DNA of 57,572 nucleotides, the filler included, from Clostridiaceae bacterium (lineage in GTDB: Bacteria > Bacillota > Clostridia > CAYPLH01 > DUMO01), in the NCBI GenBank assembly GCA_012839865.1. It is 5 parts of 5 records of this genome, joined end to end, with 100 filler letters (N's around TTAATTAATTAA, not from the genome) between each part and the next. Parts side by side here need not be neighbours in the genome. Positions count along the whole stretch, not along the records: positions 16,089 to 41,305 come from DUMO01000078.1; 4 more parts are not named here. One strand, written 5' to 3'. The translations under genes were made by a program, and so were the position numbers. Positions 30,543-40,212 of the stretch are shown in pieces. Every line of letters begins with the position of its first letter. Positions within the stretch are counted from its first letter, which is position 1. Under the pieces are notes generated by a model. It had not been told where the DNA came from and made no database searches. It saw nothing but the letters and a program-made list of their open reading frames with translations.

Positions 30543-31211
30543 GTGAAACCAGTGATAAAAATTGCACCTTCGCTGCTGTCCTCGGACTTTTCAAAATTGG
30601 GAGAGGAAATAAAAAAAGTGGAAATGGCCGGGGCCGACTATATACATATTGATGTAATGGACGGACATTTTGTCCCGAATCTTACGATAGGACCTCCGAT
30701 AATAAAGTGTTTGAGGAAAACAACAAATCTGGTTTTCGATGTTCATCTTATGATAGATAACCCGGATGTTTACATTGATGATTATGCGGATGCGGGAGCG
30801 GATATAATTACTGTACATGTTGAAGCCACAAAACATCTTCACCGCGTTGTACAAAAGATCAGGCAAAGGGGAATAAAACCCGCTGTATCGTTGAATCCTG
30901 CAACTTCTCTGGCCACCCTTGACCATATTCTCCCGGATGTTGACATGGTTCTCCTAATGACCGTAAACCCGGGGTTTGGAGGGCAAAAATTCATTTCCTC
31001 ATGTGTTGACAAAATCTCCATGCTGCGCAAGATGATAGAAGAAAGAAAGCTCAATGTTGATATAGAAGTGGACGGCGGGATTGATACTGAAAACATATAT
31101 GATGTTACCCGTGCAGGAGCAAATATTATTGTTTCCGGATCAACCATTTTCAGATCTGATGATACTGAAGGAGTGATACGGAAATTAAGGGAAAATGCTT
31201 ACAGAGGATGA
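30543..31211 (+). CDS. rpe: Ribulose-phosphate 3-epimerase
   Basis: [33 protein letters not shown]. Confidence 0.96.
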   Translation: MKPVIKIAPSLLSSDFSKLGEEIKKVEMAGADYIHIDVMDGHFVPNLTIGPPIIKCLRKTTNLVFDVHLMIDNPDVYIDDYADAGADIITVHVEATKHLHRVVQKIRQRGIKPAVSLNPATSLATLDHILPDVDMVLLMTVNPGFGGQKFISSCVDKISMLRKMIEERKLNVDIEVDGGIDTENIYDVTRAGANIIVSGSTIFRSDDTEGVIRKLRENAYRG

Positions 31212-31217
31212 TGTGGT

Positions 31218-31934
31218 TTGCCTGCAAGAGATGCTGAGGTTTGGCCTAAAGGAGATGACAAGTTTTTGCCTGCAAAAGATAAGAAATTCTTGAACCGCCG
31301 GGCTATCATTGTTGCAAACGGGTTAATAAATGATTATGATTTTTACAAAAGCCTTTTTGATGGCAAGCGCAATTTTATTATATGTGCGGACGGAGCTGCC
31401 GCCCACCTGAAAAAGCTTGACATTATGCCTCATCTTTTGGTCGGGGATTTTGACTCCATCTCCGAAGAAAACATGGATTTTTACAAAACTTCGGGCATTG
31501 AGATTATTAAATTTCCGGTAATGAAGGATATGACGGATACGGAACTTGCCGTGAATATTGCGGCAGAGCGGGGCTTTACCGAAATAACCATATTAGGCGG
31601 ACTTGGAACCAGGGCGGACCATTCCCTTTCCAATATATTTCTTATTGCCGCCATGCTGAAAAGAGGCATCAAATGTACAATCATCAACGAGCATAATGAG
31701 ATAAGGGCTATCGATGATAAGATATCATTGCAAAGAAAAGAAAACGCCAAGGTTACCCTTCTTGCATTGACCGAAAAGGTAACTGGTGTAACTACAAAGG
31801 GACTGTTTTATAAATTGGAGGACGCAGTAATCACCTTTGGTTCATCCTTTGGCGTGAGTAATGAGTTTGTCGGAGACAAAGCAGAAATTTCGATAAAAAG
31901 CGGCCTGTTGCTGGTTATTGTGGCCAGGGATTAA
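31218..31934 (+). CDS. thiN: Thiamine diphosphokinase (true start probably TTG at 31266 or later)
   Basis: ICADGAA, VGDFDS, KDMTDTELA, LGGLGTRADH, GVSNE. Confidence 0.9.
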   Translation: MPARDAEVWPKGDDKFLPAKDKKFLNRRAIIVANGLINDYDFYKSLFDGKRNFIICADGAAAHLKKLDIMPHLLVGDFDSISEENMDFYKTSGIEIIKFPVMKDMTDTELAVNIAAERGFTEITILGGLGTRADHSLSNIFLIAAMLKRGIKCTIINEHNEIRAIDDKISLQRKENAKVTLLALTEKVTGVTTKGLFYKLEDAVITFGSSFGVSNEFVGDKAEISIKSGLLLVIVARD

Positions 31935-32028
31935 AACTTTCATCCATACCCTTGCTTACCTTGCAGAAATTTTTTTCTTTTCAAAGTCGCAGGGATTAGG
32001 CTTGAACACTTTTCATTTTTAGAAAATA

Positions 32029-32075
32029 AAGCCCGGTTATTATCTCCTCCAGGTTAGGAGGAACATACCGGGCTT
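32029..32075. terminator. Terminator-like hairpin between convergent genes
   Basis: AAGCCCGGT / ACCGGGCTT outer stem with an inner TCCTCC / GGAGGA stem. Confidence 0.6.
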
Positions 32076-32170
32076 ATTACTTATTATTAAGTCTTTTGCA
32101 TTCTCTGAATAATGGATGAAAACAGGTTTTTGTTTAATTTTAAGCTGCATTTACTCAAGATTGTTCATGT

Positions 32171-33352
32171 TTATTTAAATTCTGCTGCCAGCTTCTCAAA
32201 AGCAGGCAGGGAGTTTTCAATAATTTTCATATCTATGCAGTAGGAAATCCGAAAATGCCCGGGACATCCAAATCCGCTGCCAGGTACAAAAAGGAGGTTG
32301 TACTTTTGAGCTGCCTGGGCGAATTCAATATCATCAGAGATTAAACTTTCGGGGAACAGGTAGAAAGTACCCTGGGGCTTTACACACCGGAACCCGAGCT
32401 TAATCAGGTGGTTGTACAATATATCCCTGCGTTTTTTATACTCTTCAATATCAACCGTTGCGTCAATTGCCTCCAAAACAACTTTCTGAAACAGGGCAGG
32501 GGCGTTTACAAAACCTAGAATCCGGTTGCACATGGTAAAGCATCCCATCAGGGTTTCAATATTTTCAATTAAAGGATTTGCAGCAATATATCCGATTCTT
32601 TCACCAGGCAAGGCCAATGACTTGCTGTATGAGTTAACAATAATTGAGTTTTGGAAAATTTTCAATATTGAAGGAAGTTCAACCCCGTCAAATATAATCT
32701 TGTCATAGGGTTGATCGGATATAACCAAAATTGTAGTGCCATATTCCTGTTCCTTTTGCTTTAAGACTTCCGCCATCTTTTGAAGCACTTCTTTTTTATA
32801 AACAACACCTGTAGGGTTGTTTGGTGTATTTATGATTATTGCTTTTGTAAGAGGTGTAATGGCGGCCTCAAGCCTTTCCAGGTCCGGTTCAAAAGTTTCT
32901 TCGTTCGCTTTGACTATTACAGGTTTGCCCTGATAATTCTTAATATAAAATAAATATTCAACAAAGTAGGGTGAGAATACAATAACCTCTTCCTGAGGAT
33001 TTAATATTGATTTCAAAACAACATTTATGGCTGCTGCAGCCCCGCAGGTCATGACTACGTGTTCTCCACTGATATCCACATCGCTTTCTTCTTTTAATTT
33101 TTCAGCTATCTTGCTGCGAACATCAGTGAAACCTGCATTGCTCATATAACGGTGGGCTCCGGGTGTATCGTCCAATACAAGTCTTTTCAATGCTTCCTTT
33201 ACAGCTTCAGGGGGTTCGATTTCCGGATTTCCAATGCTGTAATCAAACACATTTTCAGCACCATATATTTCCCTTAATCTGTTGCCCTCTTCAAACATTT
33301 TTCTGATAAATGACGAACTCCCAAGCTGTTCTGTAATTTCTCTCGAAAACAT
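32171..33352 (-). CDS. PLP-dependent aminotransferase, class I/II (aspartate aminotransferase-like)
   Basis: NTPNNPTG, SDQPY, SYSKSLALPGERIGY, FLFVPGSGF. Confidence 0.9.
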   Translation of the reverse strand: MFSREITEQLGSSSFIRKMFEEGNRLREIYGAENVFDYSIGNPEIEPPEAVKEALKRLVLDDTPGAHRYMSNAGFTDVRSKIAEKLKEESDVDISGEHVVMTCGAAAAINVVLKSILNPQEEVIVFSPYFVEYLFYIKNYQGKPVIVKANEETFEPDLERLEAAITPLTKAIIINTPNNPTGVVYKKEVLQKMAEVLKQKEQEYGTTILVISDQPYDKIIFDGVELPSILKIFQNSIIVNSYSKSLALPGERIGYIAANPLIENIETLMGCFTMCNRILGFVNAPALFQKVVLEAIDATVDIEEYKKRRDILYNHLIKLGFRCVKPQGTFYLFPESLISDDIEFAQAAQKYNLLFVPGSGFGCPGHFRISYCIDMKIIENSLPAFEKLAAEFK

Positions 33353-33500
33353 ATAAATTCCTCCAAATATTTATAATATCTTAAACGTGTTAGTAATATC
33401 CGTTGCATACGTTGATATTTAATAAATTTTATAAATGCATGGTCAGTATATGAAACATTGTCTTTTTGTTAATATTTACATTATAGCTGCAATCATTATT

Positions 33501-35258
33501 CTAATCAACTTTTAAAATACTGTTTACTTTGGATTCCGAAGGTGTGGCAATTATTGTCCTGTAGTTTTCATATATGACCATTCCAGGTTTTGCACCTGCC
33601 GGCTTTTTGATGTTTTTAACTTCTGTGTAGTCAACCGGTACATTGGAAGAATAATGGGCCTTGCTGTAAAAGGCAGACAGCAGTGCAGCCTCATAAAGTG
33701 TGCTGTCCGGGATTGGCCCTTTCTGGGTTCTGACAATAACATGGGCTCCTGGTATTTTTTGTGTATGAAACCACAAATCATCGGGTTTAGACCTTTTCAA
33801 TGTAAGATGATCATTTTGCTTGTTGTTCCTGCCGACAAAAATATCAAACCCGTCGGAAGATTTATAGTGATGGGGTTTTAAAGGCAAATCCTTTCCAATA
33901 TTGCTCTTTTGCTTCTTTTGCTTGATATATCCCTGTTCTATGAGCTCATCCCGTATCTCGTCAACTTCTTTATAGGAAGAGCTGCTTTCCAGCATTTGCT
34001 GGACGCTTTCAAGATAATAAAGCTCCTGCAAAGTTGCCTCAAGCTGTTTACTGATATGAGCATAAGCGCTCTTTGCCTTATTGTATTTCTTGAAAAAAGC
34101 TTGCGCATTTTGCTGCGGAGTCCTGTTGGGGTTAAGGGGAATAACAATTTGTTCATTGTTTTGGCTGTAATAGTTCAATACCATAATTTCCTTTGAATTC
34201 GGCCTGATGTTATATACATTTGCCAAAATAAGTTCTCCGTAGAGCTTAAACAGATCTCTGCCGGAAGACTCCCTTAATTCCTCTTCCTGAATGGCTTTTT
34301 TCTTCAGGCATCTGTCTATATTGTTATTTAACACCCGGGCTATAGATGATTTTTTCTGAAGTATTCTGTCAAACAAATCCCGTTCGTAGTAAAAATAATC
34401 TGCAGCTTTGCAGATTGAATCAAAGACCTTGCCTTTTTCGTAAATGCCAAGCCTGAAGCAATGAAAGTCGACAGGTTTGTCGCTTTCAGAATTAAAGAAA
34501 ACACATGGGGTGTATTCGTTAGATTTTATTTTGTCGATAATCCCTTTCAAATTCAATCTGATTTTTTCAATCTGTTCGGATGATAATGCTGAAACAGGAG
34601 TATTGGAATCAATATCAGCTCTGCTGCAAATTTCATTGCAAACCTGCGGACTGAACCCTTTTATGTTATTGAGTAAAAAGCGGGAAATCCCTGTGTTGCT
34701 TTCTTTTGCATTAATGAAAATGTTTTCTGTTTCCACACTTTCAGGGCTGATTTTATCCTGGGCGGGAGGCAATATGTATTCCATGCCTGGCAGTACTTCA
34801 CGAAGACTGCTTATTTCGCTGGTAATTCTCTTTATGGAATCAAGTATTCTGCCATTTTCATTTACAAGTATTATATTGCTGTGCCTGCCCATAATTTCGA
34901 TAACCAGTTTTTTAACTACAAGATCACCCAAATCATTGTAGCATTCTATGTGAAGGGAAACGATTCTTTCAAAATCATGGAATGCTACATCAATTATCCT
35001 TCCGCCTGATAAATGCTTTCTTAAGAGCATGCAGAAAGCAGGCGGGGAGAGGGGGTTTTCCTTTTCTGCCTTTGTTAAGTGAATCCTTGGATGATTTGGA
35101 CTTGAACTTAAAAGCAATTTATAATTTCCGTTTCTTGTCCATATACTTAAAATAAGTTCATCTCTTTCCGGCTGATAAATCTTTTCAATTCTTCCGTCCT
35201 TAAGCTTTTCTGAAAGTTCCAGCGATATGCTCTTAACTACCAGTCCGTCAAAAGGCAT
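33501..35258 (-). CDS. rqcH: Ribosome quality-control factor RqcH (NFACT/FbpA)
   Basis: MPFDGL, FCMLLRKHL, EIMGRHSNII, VGRNNKQND, WFHTQKIPGAHV. Confidence 0.93.
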   Translation of the reverse strand: MPFDGLVVKSISLELSEKLKDGRIEKIYQPERDELILSIWTRNGNYKLLLSSSPNHPRIHLTKAEKENPLSPPAFCMLLRKHLSGGRIIDVAFHDFERIVSLHIECYNDLGDLVVKKLVIEIMGRHSNIILVNENGRILDSIKRITSEISSLREVLPGMEYILPPAQDKISPESVETENIFINAKESNTGISRFLLNNIKGFSPQVCNEICSRADIDSNTPVSALSSEQIEKIRLNLKGIIDKIKSNEYTPCVFFNSESDKPVDFHCFRLGIYEKGKVFDSICKAADYFYYERDLFDRILQKKSSIARVLNNNIDRCLKKKAIQEEELRESSGRDLFKLYGELILANVYNIRPNSKEIMVLNYYSQNNEQIVIPLNPNRTPQQNAQAFFKKYNKAKSAYAHISKQLEATLQELYYLESVQQMLESSSSYKEVDEIRDELIEQGYIKQKKQKSNIGKDLPLKPHHYKSSDGFDIFVGRNNKQNDHLTLKRSKPDDLWFHTQKIPGAHVIVRTQKGPIPDSTLYEAALLSAFYSKAHYSSNVPVDYTEVKNIKKPAGAKPGMVIYENYRTIIATPSESKVNSILKVD

Positions 35259-35457
35259 ATTGTCAGCACCGCCTTTGTAGTATTTAATATATGCATTTTT
35301 GCATCAGATAAAAGTATAACATGGCAAAAAATATATAGCAATTAAAATGCGTACCCTAGAGGTTAGTTTGCTCTGAAACCGGTATTATTGTTAAAAGTGA
35401 GCAATTGATTTATTATTAAATTGTTTGGTAATACTACTTGTCCGGGAGATGATAAGA

Positions 35458-35745
35458 ATGGTTATAGGCGTATTAAAGATAAAACTGTCTATGGACGGAG
35501 TGTCTTCTTTAAAAGAAAAGAGGCATATAGTGAAGAGTATAATTGAACGCATAAAATCAAGGTTTAACGCTTCTGTTGCAGAAGTGGACCTGAATGATAT
35601 ATGGAAAAGCACAATTGTCGGTGTAGCATGTGTTTCCAATGAAACAGCCCATGTAGACAGTATTTTGTCTAACATCGTCAATTTTGTTGAAAATGAAGGC
35701 CGGGCTGTGCTGGTGGATTATTCAACGGAGATAATACATGTATAG
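35458..35745 (+). CDS. ylxP: DUF503 protein (YlxP)
   Basis: SLKEKR..RIKSRFNASVAEVD. RBS GGGAG 9 nt before ATG 35458. Confidence 0.88.
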   Translation: MVIGVLKIKLSMDGVSSLKEKRHIVKSIIERIKSRFNASVAEVDLNDIWKSTIVGVACVSNETAHVDSILSNIVNFVENEGRAVLVDYSTEIIHV

Positions 35746-35901
35746 GAAGGGGAGAGTGGGGGAAAGTTTTTAAAAAGTTGACAGTTCGACAACTTCTCTG
35801 TAAATATTGTTCTGTCAAGGTCACAGATAAACAAAAATGCTGTAATACAGTATCCGGCAATGAAAACAGTTTTTATTGACACTGCTGTTTTGCAGAAGGT
35901 G

Positions 35902-35930
35902 TTGACTATTACTCAGTATTATATTAGAAT
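35902..35930 (+). promoter_or_regulatory. Sigma-A promoter of tRNA-Ala
   Basis: TTGACT-N17-TAGAAT about 48 bp upstream of the tRNA. Confidence 0.65.
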
Positions 35931-35978
35931 AATTCGTGAACTCATTTTAAAGCCAAGAGCATTGAACTTTACAAATAT

Positions 35979-36053
35979 GGGGCTATAACTCAGCGGGAGA
36001 GTGCTACACTGGCAGTGTAGAAGTCGAGGGTTCAAATCCCTTTAGCTCCACCA
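35979..36053 (+). tRNA. tRNA-Ala (GGC)
   Basis: Acceptor GGGGCTA/TAGCTCC, D arm ACTC/GAGT, anticodon arm CTACA-CTGGCAG-TGTAG, T loop TTCAAAT, encoded CCA. Confidence 0.97.
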
Positions 36054-36058
36054 AGAGA

Positions 36059-36089
36059 GAGCCAGACGAACAGTTTTCTCGTCTGGCTC
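36059..36089. terminator. Hairpin after tRNA-Ala
   Basis: Perfect 11-bp IR GAGCCAGACGA / TCGTCTGGCTC. Confidence 0.65.
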
Positions 36090-36120
36090 ATGTTGTATCA
36101 TCAGAAACTTTGCCAATTAC

Positions 36121-36603
36121 TCAATTTTTAGCAGTCTTCTTTTGCTTTCTAAAATAAAAGCCCAGTCCACCAATACAGACAATCAGGCCCAGAATTGCAG
36201 GTTTTAGAATGGACATGCCTGCTTCACCGCTAAAGGCAACACTCCATATAAATTTTAAAACAGCTGCCCCTATAATGACGCCTATAAGCCATTTCCAGTT
36301 TCTTTTCCATGCTGCTGTCAGAAGCATAAAGAAAAATAAAGGGACTGCCAGACTCATTATTATTTTGGGAGCTGTCCAGGCACCCTTGAGATACTCCATT
36401 TCAAATGCTAAAAATTCCAAAACCTGAGGACTGCTTTCAGCCGGAACAGAGAACCAAAACATGCTTGTAAACAAAGCAAATATGGATGCGAAAATTCCAG
36501 TATAACTTTTCCTGAATGCAAATATAACCATTGGGATTATGAATAAAGGCCTGATATACCAACTTAATACGTTGTGATGTCTTTCAAATGCCCAATTGAA
36601 AAA
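36121..36603 (-). pseudogene. Multi-TM membrane protein lacking its start
   Basis: Coherent from FFNWAFERHHNVLSWYIRP onward. The annotated extension to 36774 is the antisense of the plus-strand beta-helix ORF. Confidence 0.65.
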
Positions 36604-38777
36604 TACACAGATGAATTGGAAATAGACGGCAGCATTACAATTGATAATATCAAAAACCTTAAAATAGAATCCTTTAATGAATTGCCATATCACCTTATAT
36701 TCAGCGGACCCGACAACGAAATAAAGATAACGAACAGCGAAAACATCAGATTCACAAATCTTCGTATCGGACATGCTGAGCAGGATAATGGATGCCCGAG
36801 CGGCATATTTAACATAGCTGACAGCACTAATTTGATAATAACCAATTGTATATTGTACGGTTGTGGAGGTAATGGACTGGTAGCTCGGAATTCAAGTTAT
36901 GTACAAGTGTCTGACACGGATATCATTGGCTGCGTCAAGGAAGCCGTAAAGCTTCATTCTGTCCGAAATTCATCTTTTAAGAACTGCAGGTTTTTATACA
37001 ATGGGGCTAAAGCATTCAGTCTGTTTAAATGTGATATGGTCAGGTTTGATGGCCTGTATGCAAAAGGGAACGGAAAATACATAAATGAAAGCACTTCTGA
37101 TTATTTATTTGAATTTACCGCCTGTAAAGATATATTATTGGCCAATGCAGTGATGAAGGAAAATATGGTTAAGCAAATATATAATGTCATGCCCTATAGA
37201 AATAACTTAATATTCAAATCAAACGCGTATGGTGAAGACTACTATATAGGTGATTTTGAGAACCTTCCAATATTGGATGAAAGAGGCCATGAATTCAATT
37301 CCGGCATTCTTCTGGGGACATCATATCCCTATAAAACTTATTGGATAGCTCCTGAAGGTAATTCCCTGAAGGTATATTACCAGGGAGATTTCATAATTAC
37401 CCCCTATGGTGATTACTTCTGGAAACTGGATGAAACAGCCACAACAACAATATTTCCTACATAAGCTGTTTTAAGGCGGATCAGCCTGCTGAAATCAGAA
37501 CATACATAAATGAATTTCATATCACTAGATACGAGGAAAAGCTGAATTTCGTCGGGAATAAATTCTATTCCATTGACAATATTTATTTTCAACTGGATCA
37601 AATAAGAACAGTAGGTGGAGATATGGCCTTTGTAAAAACCTTGGATAATACAACATTAAATATCAAGAATGTCATTAAAGATGAAAAACAGATGAAGCTT
37701 ATTACAGATACAACAGCAATGTTAAGTACATCTCTGTCGAAAAGAATACCTGAACAAGGCTTCTCCAATTGGGCTATCAGGCGTAATGACGGAAAATTTA
37801 CAGCCTATGTTTGTCATGGTTTTCATCAGGTATGGAGCTGGTATAAAATGTTTGGTCTTGAAATACCCTTAACGCTGCCAAAGGAGGTAACTGCTTTTGA
37901 TGAATTATTCGTTCCCTGGGATGAAATAGAAAAGGCCTTCCCGTTGGTTGTAGATGCGTTATGCTCACCAACAAAAGATATGATTATAATACAACTACCG
38001 GACAGGATTTCATTTCGCAAGCTGGTTAACGGGAAGATAGGGAGCGAAGTGTTGAGCCTGCCTGTGCCAAAAGATACAAAGATAATTATGGCACAGTGGG
38101 CCACCTACGACTATATTGAAAAATGGACAGATGCGCTTAAGCAATATTTCAATGGTGACTATCTTGCGCCATACCCTCTTGGAAGCTATAACGGCAAATG
38201 GATTTCGGAATACAGCACAGAAGATATACAGTTGGAAATAAAAAATGCCTATTATGATAAATTTGAATTCAGGATTACATTACAGGATGGGGAGAATATA
38301 AAATTTGAAAAGGGTATCGCAACGAAAACTTCAGAGGGATATTTTGACCATATGGTTCAGTCCGAAGATGGCTCTTTTCAAAAAAAGTTAAGTTTCATAT
38401 TTAATTCTGACGGAAGTATTACGTTTGTACCACATGAACCATCAGTGTTTTCAAACCCTGTAACCTTTATGATCAGGCAGAGAGAGCAGTTAAATTTTCA
38501 AAGCGGGGTAGAAGGAACGGAGAAAGTAGTTAAAATAAGTCCGGAGGAAGCATTGGAGTTATTAGTAAAATCACATGGGTCCGACGATACAAGACCAGAT
38601 AAAGGTTACTCCTATGATGGTATTGATACGGAAACAGGATATTATATGTTCTCCTGGGCCAATCCGGGAAAAGGAACAGGAGCATTCTTTGAAGTTGATC
38701 CCTATACAGGTGATGTGTATGATTTTATGGGTCAAAAAACCGGAAACTTACTTGAATCTGAAGAAGAGAAGAGGTAA
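36601..38777 (+). pseudogene. Multidomain extracytoplasmic protein (right-handed beta-helix plus further domains), 5' truncated with one frameshift
   Basis: ORF 36574-37464 has parallel beta-helix repeats (IITNCILYGCG, VSDTDIIGC, FKNCRFLYNG). The frame of ORF 37623-38777 is open back to 37434, so a single frameshift joins them. Confidence 0.68.
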
Positions 38778-38906
38778 ACTTATTTTTTGAACTTTTAATA
38801 ATAAGATTTATATTAGGAATAGTTTTTGAGTATGGTTCTTCAGTTTTTCACTTTCAGTCAAACACAAGAACATTTGACTTCAAACATACATAAGGGAGCA
38901 AATTAT

Positions 38907-39092
38907 ATGAATCATTATAGTGAAGAAGAATTAAAAGAAGCAATCCGATCTATAGAATCTACAATCAGCAAGTGTGAAAAGGTACTGCCAAAGTTGAGAC
39001 AGGGCACTTCCCAGCACACTCTACTTATACGCAGGATCAAAGCGTTCCAAATCGCATTGTCTTTGTTGAAAGAGAAGTTGGAATGGAAATAA
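38907..39092 (+). CDS. Small helical hypothetical protein (61 aa)
   Basis: RBS AAGGGAG, ATG 38907, MNHYSEEELKEAIRSIESTISKCEKVLPKL... Confidence 0.7.
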   Translation: MNHYSEEELKEAIRSIESTISKCEKVLPKLRQGTSQHTLLIRRIKAFQIALSLLKEKLEWK

Positions 39093-39346
39093 ATTTAAAA
39101 ATGATTTTGGCACGAGCAGGTTGAATTTTCCCTGGAACATTCAATTTAAAGTTGCTTTTGTGCTTTTTCAGTGAAGACAATAGCTGCCTTGCTTTCAGCC
39201 CACCGGCATACAAAGATATAGAAATTTCACCTGAAGATTATGAAGAGTTAAGAAAACGGATTTAGATCATAACCGTTTAAATGTACAAGAGAATAAATAA
39301 TAATGTGAACCTGTTGAATTACCACCGCAAAATTTTACAATAATCA

Positions 39347-39375
39347 TTGAATTATTCCATGTTTTACTATATAAT
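39347..39375 (+). promoter_or_regulatory. Sigma-A promoter, rightward
   Basis: TTGAAT-N17-TATAAT. Confidence 0.65.
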
Positions 39376-39398
39376 ATACCCGAAAGGGAAATTAAACT

Positions 39399-39501
39399 AA
39401 AAAAGGCGCAGTGACGCCGAGGTGTCGCAACCACCTCAGCGCTCATGTAGGGTAACAGGCACCCGTACAAGTACAGCATTAAGCTGCCACTTACGCCTTG
39501 T
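39399..39501 (-). ncRNA. Candidate ~103-nt cloverleaf sRNA, antisense to the rightward transcript
   Basis: Own promoter at 39507-39535, closing stem AAGGCGTAAGTGGC/GTCACTGCGCCTT, three internal hairpins, terminal U tract. Confidence 0.55.
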
Positions 39502-39506
39502 ATGCT

Positions 39507-39535
39507 ATTATATTTCATTTTGACCATTACTTCAA
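39507..39535 (-). promoter_or_regulatory. Sigma-A promoter, leftward (sRNA)
   Basis: TTGAAG-N17-TATAAT on the minus strand. Confidence 0.65.
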
Positions 39536-39597
39536 GAGCAGCATAAAAGGGCGCATTATGTACGGTTATTAACCCGGCATGAAGCGTCCTTGTTTAA

Positions 39598-39775
39598 TTT
39601 TCCTTTCCCTAAACAAAATTAATGGGAAAAACTCTCCTGATGCAAAAATAGGGGAAAGATTGCTCCTAAAACAACCACATTGAAGACTTCAAAGAAAAAA
39701 AGAGGAGAAAACTTTTCTCCGGGAAAAGCATCAGGGGAGCGAATTCTTCCAGAAAAAATTTAAAGGGAAAGGAAA
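39598..39775 (+). promoter_or_regulatory. Nested multi-stem leader that buries the RBS of the next ORF
   Basis: 12-bp IR 39599-39610/39764-39775, 12-bp IR 39632-39643/39728-39739, and three inner palindromes. Confidence 0.5.
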
Positions 39776-39776
39776 G

Positions 39777-40118
39777 ATGCGGCTCATGAATAAAAATATA
39801 GTTTACATGAAAAAAAACAAAAAAGGATTTTCGGTGGACTGCGAAGTAAAAAGGATTGAATGTCTTGAGAGGGAATTTGACAGCATGGAAGAGGTTGCAA
39901 GGCTTCATTCCATTACTTATGAGTTGTTTGACAAGCTTGTTGAACAGCTTTCTGAAAGCGGAAGGATGCAGCTTACGCAATTCAGCGATGCAATGAACCG
40001 TCTTATGTGCCTTCAGGCGACTTTTTATTACGCCCATGGCCTGTCTGACGGTTCAGCCCTGGCTAATTTCATATCCGGCGACAAACAAAAAGTGAACATT
40101 AATATCACTGTGGTATAG
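39777..40118 (+). CDS. Small helical hypothetical protein (possibly DUF6809-like)
   Basis: 113-aa ORF. The ..FYYAHGLSDG motif resembles mobile-element proteins of Clostridia from recall. Confidence 0.55.
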   Translation: MRLMNKNIVYMKKNKKGFSVDCEVKRIECLEREFDSMEEVARLHSITYELFDKLVEQLSESGRMQLTQFSDAMNRLMCLQATFYYAHGLSDGSALANFISGDKQKVNINITVV

Positions 40119-40212
40119 TCCAGCGGTTAACGTCTATCCCTGATTGGAGTTTTTCAAAAAACCGGCAGAGTTTGTCAAATATATATGGTATACTTTTGCT
40201 GGGTGAAAATGT

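Noticed and set aside
31217..31280. 16-bp near-duplicate TTTGCCTGCAA(G/A)AGAT 48 bp apart at the thiN start
   Set aside because: Most simply a small local duplication that creates two possible TTG starts. No further structure.
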